A stretch of DNA of 64,000 bases from Malacoraja senta (lineage: Eukaryota), in contig JAXLNO010000600.1 of the NCBI GenBank assembly GCA_038087875.1, positions 434,001 through 498,000 of the forward strand, in the 5' to 3' direction. Below are positions 37,675 through 50,294 of the stretch, piece after piece (within the stretch, counting starts at the first letter, position 1; each line of letters begins with the position of its first letter). The notes beneath the pieces are model-generated. The model saw only the letters and a program-made list of their open reading frames with translations. It searched no databases and was not told the origin of the DNA. Both the position numbers and the translations under genes were made by a program.

Positions 37675-38356
37675 CAGACCCACCACCGATTTTCCGGCAT
37701 CCCTGGCTCTAGAGCTTTGCCGGGTTATCCGTTTTGTCAGACTAACAGAGGTCACGGCCTTGGGGGGGCCGAGATACCGGCCAATAGACAATAGGTGCAG
37801 GAGTAGGCCATTTGGCCCTTCGAGCCAGCACCGCCATTCAATGTGATCATGGCTGATCATCCCCAATCAGTACCCCGTTCCTGCCTTCTCCCCATACCCC
37901 CTGACTCCGCTATCTTTAAGAGCCCTATTCTAGCTCTCTCTTGAAAGTATCCAGAGAACCGGCCTCCACTGCCCTCCGAGGCAAAGAATTCCACAGTCAC
38001 AACTCTCTGTGAGAAAAAGTGTTTCCTCGTCTCTGTTCTAAATGGCTTACTCCTTATTCTTAAACTGTGGCCCCTGGTTCTGGACTCCCCCAACATCGGG
38101 AACATGTTTCCTGCCTCTAGCGTGTCCAAGGCCCGCAAGGTCGGCCTTGGAAATCGGCCATGGGTACGCATCTGCCGGCTCTGGCTGAGCCACAGTCGCA
38201 GAGCCCCGACACAAGGGGCAAATTCAACCCGCCGATTGGCTACAGAGGTCCCAATGAGGTTAAAATCAGCCGCCTCACCTGGCCTAGGCGCCACATTCTG
38301 GGGGAATTTCAAGTGCACTCTCGTAATTTTGTCCGGATTATCAGTGGGTGGACCTG
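37675..38356. mobile_element. Tc1/mariner-pogo (Tigger-like) MITE interrupted by CR1
   Basis: TA|CAGACCCACCACCGATTTCCGG ... CCGGATTATCAGTGGGTGGACCTG|TA; imperfect TIRs. Confidence 0.65.
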
Positions 38357-40617
38357 TACAAGATTTCAATATTTCTAGCCAAGCCCAAATATTATGTCTA
38401 TTGCTGGAGCTATGGTGTGAAACAATAAAACACTCTGCAATGTTTGATTGTGCATTTAGTCGTGCACAGAATTTTCAAATGCACATATTAAAAATATAAA
38501 CTAGTGTTCCCATCAGGACTAATTTAATACCTTACAGTGTAATAGCTTTATATTAAGTTATTTTGAACTATTTCTTACTCGATTAAGAGTCCAGACTCTT
38601 GGTGCAATGTGGATACAAGTAACTGCAGATGCTGGTTTACAAGAAAAACACAGTGCTGGAGTACCTCAGTGGGTTAAGTCTGAAGAAGGGTCCCGGCCCA
38701 AAACGTCATCTATCCGCGTTCTCCAGAGATGCTGCCTGACCCGCTGAGTTACTCCAGCACTCTGTGAAACGTCACCTATCCATGTTCTCCACAGATGCTG
38801 CCTGACCCGCTGAGTTACTCCAGCACTCTGTGTCTTTTCTTGGTGTCATGATCCAGAGACAGGTGTTCCTATTGCACAATGGTGGCGAGAGATTTCGATG
38901 CATGGAATAAATCTGAAATAATCTTTTTAAAATGTTAAAATGTATTACCATATTAGTGCAGCATCTGAGAATGTTGTGAACTGTTAGCTGTAATCACGTC
39001 TTGATGAGTGCGGGTGTCAGAGGTTATGAGGCATGGGGTTGAAGACAGGTGAAGACAGGACTGAATACAGGAGAATGGGGTTGAGAAGGACAGATACATC
39101 AGCCAGGATTGAAAGGCGGAGTAGACTTGATTGGCTTATTGTCTAATTCTGCTCTGAGAACTTCTGAAGTTATTAACTAAGTTTTGAAACAGCTCAGCAT
39201 GTGACAGTGTTTAAGGCAGTTTACATAATACCCAGCAATAAACATTGGATTTGTAGTCATTTCACGTGAATTAACTTTTTGAAATCCCCGACAATTTTTA
39301 CTGTTTTACTGGGTAGTTAAGTGGCTCAGATTATCAATAAATTAAATAAACTTTCGGAGCTGTCCAGGGTAATATGAGGTAGTCAATAGACAATAGACAA
39401 TTGGTGCAGGAGTATGCCATTTGGCCCTTCGAGCCAGCCCCGCCATTCAATGTGATCATGGCTGATCATCCCCAATCAGTAGCCCGTTCCTGCCTTCTCT
39501 CCATATCCCCTGACTCCGCTATCTTTAAGAGCCATATCTAGCTCTCTCTTGAAAGGATCCAGAGAACCCGCCTCCACCGCCCTCTGAGGCAGAGAATTCC
39601 ACAGACTCACAACTCTCTGTGAGAAAAAGTGTTTCCTCGTCTCCGTTCTAAATGGCTTACCCCTTATTCTTAAACTGTGGCCCCTGGTTCTGGACTCCCC
39701 CAACATCGGGAACATGTTTCCTGCCTGTAGTGTGTCCAAGCCCTTAACAATCTTATATGTTTCAATATTTGGATGTAAGCATTGTAATCAAGCTGTCTCT
39801 GCAAAATGAATGTAAATTTTCTCTTAACTGTCAGGGATATGAAGGAGACTGAAGTGGTGTGAATGGGCACTAAGCTGGGAGAACTGGCATTTGTAAGCAC
39901 TGATGGTCCACAGTTTAAAGTTTCAAAATTGAAAAGAATAATTTCTAGGGCAGCACGGTGGCGTAGCAGTAGAGTTGCTGCCTTACAGCTCCAGAGACCC
40001 GGGTTTGATCCTGACGGTGGATGCTTGTCTGTTCAGAGTTTGCATGGCTTTTCTCCGGGATCTCCGGTTTCATCCCGCACTCCATAGATGTGCAGGTTTG
40101 TTGTTTAATAGTAAGATTAAATGAGAACTTACCAGTTTGAAGTTTGATCTTTATTTTATGAGGAGTTACGATGAGGGATTTCGTGAAGAAGGCCGTCAGC
40201 CCGCATGCGCGTCAATCTTCAAAACAGCGGTGTGAAATCACAGATAGTGGTAGTTGAACTGAACATAGTAAGATTAGAGAGGACTACAACCTACCCGATG
40301 ACCTTTATGATATGAGGGAGGGAGAGGAGGGCACGTAATCCCTCATCGTAACTCCTCATAAAATAAAGATCAAACTTCAAACTGGTAAGTTCTCGTTTAA
40401 TCTTGCTATTTTACTTCGGAGTCATGTGAGTGACTACGTGAAGACTTTGAAGCTCTGTGATTTCATGCCGGGAACGAGTCCAAGCGTCACACACTGCACC
40501 AATTGACCATGGATGAGTGAGAATGATTTAAGCATTCAGACATGACGAGATTGTTAATGCTGATGCTTTAATCATCAAAGAAAAAATAATAGTGACCCCT
40601 CCCATCCTGGGGGGAAA

Positions 40618-41544
40618 CTATAAGAAAGAACTTAAAACGGAGCTCGCAAAAATCCCTGGTCCGGCAATGGGCTTATTGTAAAATCTCTGAAACGTCTTTT
40701 CATTGGCCCATCCTGCAGCCGCTAGGATGAGGTCGAAGGGGACGTCCATCGCCCTAGCTGCCGACGTAGATGCAGCCCTGGTGGAGTGAGATTTAAAAGT
40801 GTCAGTGTCCACTCCTGCATTGGCCAGGACCTCTCTTAGCCATCTAGAGATGGTTTGCATTGAAACCTTTTTGTACGGTTTTGTGTAGCTAATGAGTACA
40901 GATAACTCTGTGCCTCTAAGGTTCTTGGTGAATTTGATATATTGAAGAATGTGTGTTACCACACACAACCGTGGGTCCATGGGGTACGCTAAAAACACTA
41001 ATTTGGGTCCCGACACCCCTGGTCTGCTCTGTTTAAGTAAATCATAAATGTAAAAAGTAATATTATTGACAGATGTGGCCATGTTGTCCAGTCGTAACTT
41101 GTGTAGTGTCTGGACACGTTGCGCTGAGACCAGCGCCATAAGCATGACCACCTTGAGGGTGAGTTTAGATAAAGGGAGGGACGAGGCAGCTGCCCACTGG
41201 CGAAGCAGTGTTAATACCACGCTTACATCCCATACCTCCGTGTACCTGGGTCTGCGTGGTATGGTATTAAAAATACCCTTCATAAACCTTGTTATCAACG
41301 GGTGCGATCCTACAGAATGATGGCCCGTATCCAACACTAAATATGAGGATAATGCGCTCCTGGCACTGTTGATGGCACTGTAGCTCAGTTTCAGATCATA
41401 GTATAGGGTAGATAGAAACTCCAATACATCTGTAATTCGTGCTGTTTGATATGTTATGCCTGTGGATAATCAGAACATCTCCCACTTCGTGATGTGAGAG
41501 ATGTACTGTTTTTTAGTACTGTTCCTCCAGGCCGCAGTTATCAT
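40618..41544 (-). pseudogene. DIRS tyrosine recombinase
   Basis: SAQR, LLKQSRPG, SHSTR, AGW and FQRFY catalytic motifs are intact. In-frame upstream ATG at 41544, with one TGA at 41470-41472. Confidence 0.92.
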
Positions 41545-41589
41545 ATCTACTGTCCGTTCTGATAATCCAAGCCCCAGGTATGGTCTCCT

Positions 41590-43400
41590 CAGAATCTGCA
41601 AATCAATAAATTGATCCGGTCATGAGGTGGATGGCTATTCCCCGTTGCTGGGTGAACCAGCAGATACCTGATTTTGGGGACAGCCATAAAAGGCCGTGTT
41701 AACATAGCCAGGACTAGTGGAAACCAAGACTGTGTAAGTCAGTCAGGTACTATTAAAAAACGCCTGTGGCATTGTCTAGCTTAATTTTTGCCAAACACCG
41801 ACAGATGAGTCAAAAAAGGGTGAAAAACACATACAGAAAAAATTCCTCCCCAGTGTGGCGAGAATGCATCTACAGCCACCGCTTCTGGGTCTGGTTCCCA
41901 TGATACATATTTGGGTAGCTGGTGATTTAACCTGGCTGCGAAAAAAATCAATATCCGGTGTGCCATACCGAGCAACAATGTCTAGAAATACTTCATGACT
42001 CAACATCCATACTGAGTTGTAATTGAATTTCCGTGATCTGGTGTCCGCCACCATATTGTAGATGGTTGAAAACCAAATGTACCTCGTAATATACCAGTGC
42101 CAAATAAGGTTAGCCAAGTTATCACCAGATAAAGACTTGATTCCACCCATGTGATTAACATATGCCACCACTATAGAGTTGTCCATTTGTAGTTGAACAT
42201 GCACATGCTGTATTACTACAATAAGCCTTCAGCCGATAGAGTGCTCCCAACACCTCTAAGTAGTTAATACCATGTTGCTGAAGAATTAGTGACTCTTACA
42301 CATTCCACCTACCACCATAGTTAGAGGTGGGATTAGTAGCTCCCCAGCCGAGGGCACTTGCATCGGTTTGTAAAATAACCGACGGTGAATCGATTAAATT
42401 TTCTTGGAGCAATCACAAATACTCGTTACCTTTTCATTGTAATTCAGCAGTGGCTTCTGCTGGCAATCGCATTGGTCTACCGTAGTGACCTGCACTGAGT
42501 TTGAGTGCAAAGGCCCCAATTGTACTGCTGGAAAAGGCAGCCACTAGATTGCCAATCACACTAGCCAATTGTCTAATCATATGCTGCTAACAATGAGATT
42601 GTTTAAATCTGATTGATTGTCCCAGGCCAGAGTCACTGATATATTAGATTAGTTAATGGTGAACCCCAGGTAATCAATTACCCTGGTAGGTATACATTTG
42701 GGCTTAACTGGATGGATGAGACACCCCATCTTTCAAGTATGAACTTGGTGGCTGAAACAGCTGATTGAGCTAAATTCATAGCTTCCCTAATGACAAAAAA
42801 AAAAATGTCATCCAATATGCCATGACAATATGATTTCTGAATTTAAAGTAGTCCCAGAACTGGTTTCAATAATTTTGTGAATAGTCTGAGCTGAAGTTAG
42901 TCCCTTAGGCAATGCATTAAAACTGCCACAATTGTTCCATCCAGTTAGACTTCAAATATCTCCTGTATTCCCTGTGAACGGGTACCGAGTAGAAATCATC
43001 TCTAAGGTCAATGCATGCCAAAAAAACTCCTTTAGAGACCAGTTGTATGGCAGAAACAAAGTTATACATTTTAAAGTGTTTATACTGCACAAAAGGTGTT
43101 AAGTTCAGTCAAGTCTAGGATGATACAGTATCCTCCAAATTGGTGAGGTTCATGAGATGACCTCTCAATGACCTCTTTCTTATATAAATTTCCAATTTCA
43201 GTTTGTACCTCCAAACTTCCCTATTGCAAAAACATATGTGCGGTGGGGTGAATGTTGTAGGTGGTGGCGAATTGTGACGGAAACCTTGTACACTGTGCAG
43301 TATAAAAAATGGATGTAGAGTGATCCAAAACGCCATTTTTGCAAGAAATATTGCAATCTTCCCCCAACTCGTGACTGAGCCATGTTTGATGTGTTCCATA
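41590..43400 (-). pseudogene. DIRS RT/RNase H/methyltransferase-like ORF, multiple frameshifts
   Basis: IDLRDDFYSVPVH (about 43010), frameshifted YxDD (about 42810), QTDASALGWGA (about 42360), MDNSIVVAYVNHMGG, PDIDFFAARLN..AVAVDAF. Confidence 0.9.
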
Positions 43401-43427
43401 AGGAACTAGATTCACCTACCTCCGATG

Positions 43428-44653
43428 TTACTGGTGGTAGGGCGCCGGTTTACGCTCCCGTGATCTGGGGGGTAGTCCTGATGGCGGGTGCACTCCGCGA
43501 AACCTGGATGTTGGCCGGTTTGGGCCTTGCTCTAAAAAAGGCCTCTGTGTCGCCTGTTCGGGTCTTCCACCAGTACCGGTGTACCGCCTGGTGTTGTAGG
43601 GAGCGTAGGGGTGTTGCCGCCGGTGTGATGAGACTCTAGGCGTGGTGGGGACTTTCATTAGGCGAACTGTCTTTGCCTCATCATCTAGCTCCCGGACCTG
43701 TTTAGTCAGATCTTCCCCGAACAGATAGTTTGCCGGTTGGACATTGCTGGCCTTGCACAGCGCAGCAAATTTGGGGTTTAATGCCGGCCGAATGGCATTC
43801 TTCCGCAGGCAGTTAATCTCAAACTGTGCATTGCACATGAGAGCCATGGCGTCCTGCTGTGTGTCTGATAGAGTCTCCCCGTCCACTGACCTGGCGAAGG
43901 CTGTTATGCCTGAGGCGAGTAATTTCAATATCTTTTGAAGCCTTATCTCCTGGGCTCTGACGCCCGCTCCAATGTTGCCCGATATGGAGTGGTTTACAGC
44001 TGGCACATTCTGAGATGCACAATTGGCAGGAGCATGATATTTATTTATTGTCTCCTCCATGGCCAGATCTTGTAGCTGGTGGGATGCCAGGTAATTTATA
44101 CTACTGGCTAGGTCTTCTTCGAGGGGTTCCCCAGATTGTGACGGGACGGCAAATTTAGATGCCATAACTGGCACATCAATCTCTTGCCCCCGAGTGTACT
44201 CACCAGCTGTGCCACCGAACTCCGAGTCAGCTTGATACTGATTCCTGTACTCCCCTCCCCAGAGAGGGAGATACTGTGCAGCCCTGTGACAGGTGCCGCT
44301 GGCGCGGTCCCCCATGGAGATCCGTGCTGATATTGCTCCCTCCTTCGGAGCATATCATTTTGGAGCCACCTCTCCAATAGGTGCTCCTTGTGGGTGAGTC
44401 GTCCACTGACGCTCCCCAGTGTAGGAGGGGAATCCTCCTGGCCCGACTCATCTGAGTCCACGGGCCTGACAGACTTTTGTGTGGCTTTCCGCCCAAGCGG
44501 TACTGCCACGGTGCAATCTCCCGGCACCAAGTCTGCTGTCGTTGGCTCCGCTGCCAGCGACCACGAAGGTGATATGGACAGCTGCCCGCTAGCCGCACTC
44601 CCGCAGTCTGCGGTGGCCGATTTTGTCGCGGACCGTCTCTTCACCTTCGACAT
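43428..44653 (-). pseudogene. DIRS gag-like ORF1, frameshifted
   Basis: ORFs 44108-44659 and 43428-44315 (PANC..VPAVN..LFGEDL), located upstream of RT. Confidence 0.8.
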
Positions 44654-45059
44654 CTTCAAATGGTTCCAACTCGTCTGTAGGTAAGAATTTTACAGAACCA
44701 TACAAAAAAACGACCTCAGAGGAAGTTTAAACACTTACCTGAGGCTTTTAAACTTACCGCTGGAAAGCAGCACCGCGCCTCCCAGGCAGTCATTGCGCAA
44801 TGCAGTAGACGTAATGACGCGCATGCGGGCTGACGGCCTTCTATTCACGTAGTCACTCACATGACTCCGAAGTAAAATTGTCTTGGTATTATTGTAAATT
44901 GTCCCTAGTGTGTGTAGAAGTGTGTGGGGATCGCTGGTGGACGCGGTGGGCCGATGGGCCTGTTTCCGCCTATCTCTAAACTAAACTAAACTTTAATCTC
45001 ATAGAACCTTTCACATTCTTTGAGCATCTGAAGTGCTTTGCTGGCCGTCAAAGTCAAAA

Positions 45060-45280
45060 ACCAGCCTGCTGGTTTGTGCAAAGCAAGTTCCCTTCAATAG
45101 CATTGTGATGTTGACTAGATCAGCTGTTTTTTTAGGTGTTTGGGGATAAATATTGTCCTCGCTTCCACATGGAATCCCAGCTCCTTAACATTTCTGACAG
45201 AACAGTACTTGTTAATAAACGACACTGGGCTGTCGGCCTGGGCATTGTACCCAAATCCCAGGAGTGAGACTTTGGTGGGA
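45060..45280 (-). mobile_element. Ancient Deu-domain SINE remnant
   Basis: tgtgcaaagcaagttccc..atagcattgtgat..gataaatatt resembles the reverse complement of the Deu core as I recall it. A probable + strand remnant lies at about 56305-56415. Confidence 0.6.
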
Positions 45281-47353
45281 AATCTAAACAAATCTTTTCA
45301 ATGCCTGTTGAGCTTCAAGAATTGGCCTTGTGGTATTAAACTTATTGAAACATTTAGTTCCAGTGGTTCTTGGCTTCGAAATGAAAGGCGGTTTCAAAAG
45401 TCAAAACAGCCTTGAAAAGACATTGAGCAAACTTTGTTTGTCCTGGGATGTGATCAGCATTAAGATTGCCGCACTCTACTCCACCACTGAAAAACGTTAG
45501 GACGTGACTATTAGAGTCATAGAGTGGTACAGCGTGGATTCAGGTTAATTCCCGGGATGGCGGCACTGTCATATGCTGAGAGAATGGAGCAGCTGGGCTT
45601 GTACACTCTGGAGTTTAGAAGGATGAGAGGGAATCTTATTGAAACATATAAGATTAGTAAGGGTTTGGACACGCTAGAGGCAGGAAACATGTTCCCGATG
45701 TTAGGGGGAGTCCAGAACCAGGGGCCACAGTTTAAGAATAAGGGGTAAGCCATTTAGAACAGAGACGAGGAAACATTTTTTCTCACAGAGAGTTGTGAGT
45801 CTGTGGAATTCTCCGCCTCAGAGGGTGGTGGAGGCCGGTTCTCTGGATACTTTCAAGAGAGAGCTAGATAGCGCTCTTAAAGATAGCGGAGTCAGGGGAT
45901 ATGGGGAGAAGGCTGGAATGGGGTACTGATTGGGGATGATCAGCCATGATCACATTGAAGGGCCAAATGGCCTACTCCTGCACCTACTGTCTATTGCCTA
46001 TTGAAACAGGCCCTTCAGCCCAACCTGACCAATATGTCCCAGCTACACGAGTCCCACCTGCCCACGTTGTGTTGGTCTCCCATTTACCAGTGTTTGGCTC
46101 ATATTCCTCTAAACGTTTCCCATCACGTTGGTGGTCCAATGATGCGACCATTGACTCGTGGTCAGAGGTGGGTGGGCACTGATGATAATGTTTAGAAGAA
46201 CCCCCAGAATGAAAGGTAGCTCTTAAGTAAACATATTGCAGTTGCTGCTCTGTCCCTTATTCTTAGAAACAAGAGTAAGCCCAGGAATGACCTTTCCAAT
46301 TTGTGAGTCTGTGGAATTCTCAGAGGTTCTCTGAGATACTTTCAAGGGAGAGCTAGATAGGGCTCTTAAAGATGGCGGATATGGGGAGAATGCAGGAACG
46401 GGGTACTGATTGTGGATGATCAGCCATGATCACGTTGAATGACGGTGCTGGCTCGAAGGGCCCAATGGCCTACTCCTGCACCTATGGTCTATTGTCTATT
46501 GTCAATTTGTATAGCCATTCTGTATCCAGAAAATCACAGATTCCAACTGGGCTGGTTTACGACCTTGTTAGGGTGGTACGGTGGCGTAGCGGTAGAGTTG
46601 CTGCCTTATAACGCCAGATACCTGGGTTCGATCCTGACTACGGGCGCTGTCTGTACGGAATTTGCATATTTGCCCCGTGACCTGCGCGGGTTTTCTCCGA
46701 GATCTCCGGCTTCCTCCCACACTCTAAAGACGTATGGGTTTGTAGGCTAATTGGCTTGGTCTTATTGCAAATTGTCCCTAGTGTGTGTAGGATAGTGTTA
46801 GTGTGCAGGGATCGCTGGTCACCGCAGACTCGGTGGGCCGAAGGGCCTGTTTTCACGATGTGTCTGTAAACTAACCTAAACTAAACACCTAGCAGGTTAC
46901 TAGTCCACTCCTCACTCCATCTGTTTAACCCAGATGGGATTGTTTGTTTCAGTTTACCTTGATCAAATGCCACGCCCCACACTGATCCAATCAACATTAT
47001 GAGGACTAATGAAAGATGCCGCCTGTTTTATGCCGTAATTGAGCGTGTGTGAAGCAGATGTTTCTGACATCAGATTGTTCCAGACGTCTCCTGGACTAGA
47101 CTATTGTCAAAATACGTCACCTGCTGTCAGTTTCTTGAAAACATCATGCAGAATTTGTGTTAAGGTGAAGTTTTGGGGTGAAGTACATGTCCAGAACATC
47201 AGTAATGCCTTTGGGAAGATATATATATATATATATATACATGGTTTGATTCTGATCTGACCTAGACAACCATTAGCCAAGGCTCATTTCACAGAATTCA
47301 TACTTGTGAGTTGTGAAGGTCATAAGTTTTATTCAAGAAATCTCAACCCATAA

Positions 47354-47588
47354 GTCAAGACAAGTCACATTTATTTATATAGCACATTTAAAAAACAACT
47401 CTCGTTGGCCAAACTGCTTTACATTTGTTATAAGAATAGTATAAGCAAACAAACTACATACATATATACATATAGCCTTCGCTCAGAGGACGTCAAGAAA
47501 GGCTTGGGAGTATAGATACGTTTTTAGTCTTGACTTAAAGGAGTCGATGGAGGGGGCAGTTCTGATGGGAAGGGGGATGCTGTTCCAC
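47354..47588 (-). mobile_element. L2-like LINE 3' end
   Basis: atttatttatatagcacattt...ctgctttaca is a typical L2 terminus in reverse. Confidence 0.65.
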
Positions 47589-48082
47589 ATAAGTTGATAT
47601 ATTTACGTTTGAGAAGGAACTGCAGATGCTGGAAAATCGAAGGTAGACATAAATGCTAGAGAAACTCAGCGGGTGAGGCAGCATCTATGGAGCGAAGGAA
47701 AAAGGCGATGATTTGGGTCGAGACCCTTCCTCTGAGAATGTACAGACTACGTAGTCAGGTTTGAACCCGAGTCTCTGGCGATGTAAGGCAGCAACTCTAC
47801 CGCTGCACCACCGTGCCGCCCGATGTGAAAGCTCTCTCCATTCAGTTTAGAGGACAACCAGGGCATTTCTGTCTGATTCCTGGGCCGATATTTAGCAGAG
47901 ACTCAGTGGCGCAACTGTCAGAGTCGCTGACAGAGATTTGGGTTAGATCGTGATCTCGGGTGCTGTCTGTGAGGAGATTACACATTCTCCCTGTGACTAC
48001 ATGGGTTTCATCTGGGTTTTCCGGTTTCCTCCTACATACCCAAGGCATGTGGGTCGATTGGCCCTCTGTAAATTATCCCTAG

Positions 48083-48474
48083 CAAAGATCCCATGGCGGA
48101 GCAAGATAGACCACTCCTTCTAAATGCAATGGGCTGACGTGTAGTACGCAACGGAGCGGAACGTGGGCCTTTTTTTCATCCATTTCAGTAACCCGACCCG
48201 ACTCGACTCGCAGTGTAGTCCACGTTGCGGGGGAACAGTTTGTGTTAATAAATTATAATTCTGAAAATGAGGAGAAGATTTTTACCAAAGAACTTTTATT
48301 TTTACGAGGATGTTTCCATAACCGGCTTCCGTCTCTTTGCTCCGCTATGGGATCTTTGGTGCGGAGACGGAAGCCGGTTACGGAAATGGGGCCGAAAATT
48401 ACCCATGAATCTGCCCATGACCGTACTACGTCTTTTTCGTCGAGTGATCTATCTTGCTTGCTATAGGATCTTTG
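48083..48474. mobile_element. P-element-like MITE
   Basis: TIRs CAAAGATCCCATGGCGGAGCAAGATAGACCACTC / GAGTGATCTATCTTGCTTGCTATAGGATCTTTG; 8-bp TSD atccctag/gtccctag. Confidence 0.8.
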
Positions 48475-49042
48475 GTCCCTAGTGTTTAAGGTGTGAATGT
48501 GAAAATGGGATGACAGAACTAGTGTCAAAGTCAAAGTCAATTTTATTCATCACATACACCCGAAGGTGCAGTGAAATGAATTTGCCAGCAGTGAAACACT
48601 TAAAAAGAACACACAATACACAATAAGATTTAACACAAACATCCACCACAGCATTCTTCACTGTGGGCTGGAAGGCACAAAGTTCAGTCAGGCCTCCTCC
48701 TTGTTCATCCGTGGTCGGGGCCATGAACCCTCCGTAGTCGCCGCTATGGACAGCCCGATGTACAGGCCCTCTTGTCGGGACGGTCGAACACACTCCTCGG
48801 CTTGGAGGTCCCGAATCGGCACTGTCTTACCGGAGACCGCGGCTTCAGGATGTTATAGGCTGCAGGCCGGCGGTCGGAGCTCATCTCCTGGAAGCTCCGC
48901 AGACCGCTGCTTCAGGATCTAACAGTCCGTGGGCCAGCGATCTGGCGACCCCCGACAAGGGTTTGCCTGCTCCGCGATGGAAAGTCCACGCTGCGCCCAC
49001 TGCTGAAACTCCGGGAAAGGCCGCTCCAATCCAAGCTGTTAG

Positions 49043-50032
49043 TAGGTATGTTACAAAACTTACCTTCAGTCGCGCTGTAATTCTGCCACTGGCCGTGTGT
49101 GCGATTTTGGCGCCTTTAAGGGGGGGCGGGGTTAAAACGCGGTTTCTCCTCCCTTGTCCTGAATTATATTTCGTTGGAGTACAAGCGTTGGCTGACAAAT
49201 CGTTCCTAGTGGCATTTTGTGAATTTTTTATTTTTATTAAATCGTCAATGTCAGCGCTGGAGTAATTTTAAAAGCAGCTCCTGAAGCGTCAACGCCGATA
49301 ACGGGGACGGATTTCACACACGGGACAGGTAAACGAAAGTGGTTTCTCTAAATGTATAAAAGTGCTTCTTAAGAAGCCTTTAATTCACAATCATGCCAAT
49401 ACGGGGTTAAATTCACCGCCAATGAACGTTCCAAAAGATCGCGTTCCAGAAATCCTCACTCACAAGATGATTTAAATGGTCATTAATTTACAGGTATTAA
49501 ACATTCAATTCCTTCCATTTGGCCTGTAAATTCATGAACATGAGATTTAAAAATTATGTTATATTGTGAATTATTGTGTGAATGTTATTTGGACACTTAG
49601 GCTATTTAAAAATGTTAATCTATTCTTAAGAAATTGATAGATGTTTAGATCTAGTAATTGAATTTTGTAATTAGCTACAATTAGGTAACTAACTAATTAT
49701 ATGTTTTACTTTCATGTCTTCTAAGTAAAATTGTTTCATATTTGTTTCAGAATGCTTCAATCTATAATAACTGAAAATTTCTTTCAGTTATCTTAATTTT
49801 TAAGAAAGTTATGGGCTTTTAACTGTCCTCGATCACAGCTTTTGTGTTAAGTCAATGGAAAAGCAATAGGGAACAAGATGCTAATTTCCGAGTATGAAAA
49901 TGGCCAAAACTTCTTTAATACTGAAGATATGAAAGTGAATTAGGTGTCAAATTAAACTTCTTTTTATGCTTTATCTGATGGGATAAATTGCAGACTTTAT
50001 TTTTAAAATCTCAAAATTTTGTAACATTGCTA
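49043..50032. mobile_element. Non-autonomous TIR element (hAT-like termini), 7-bp TSD
   Basis: ctgttag|TAGGTATGTTACAAAA ... TTTTGTAACATTGCTA|ctgttag. Confidence 0.88.
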
Positions 50033-50294
50033 CTGTTAGGCCGCGAGGGAGGAGACATTGAAAAAGTCGTCTCTCCGTCGAGGAGGCGACCGAAAGCAGT
50101 TCCCCCCTTTCCCCTCCCCACCACCACCTACACGACATACTGAGAGACACTAAAACAAACATTTGGACACATTAAAAAAAGAAAAAAAGTCGAAATAATG
50201 AACACGCTGCTGGCAGGGCAGCCGATTCGCAGCGCCCCCACCGCTCATAGTGTGAGCAGGTGATAGATTATCAGCGCGGACTCGGTGGGCCAAA

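Larger units (their letters stand above)
40107..44878 (-). mobile_element. DIRS1-like tyrosine-recombinase retrotransposon, structurally full length (4772 bp)
   Basis: ITRs at 40182-40214 and 44815-44849; ICR at 40332-40442 complementary to both termini; gag, RT-RNaseH-MT and YR modules; inserted in a V-SINE. Confidence 0.96.

Noticed and set aside
39835..39862. Possible alternative terminal exon (R)DMKETEVV*
   Set aside because: Only an acceptor-like site; no homology or other support.
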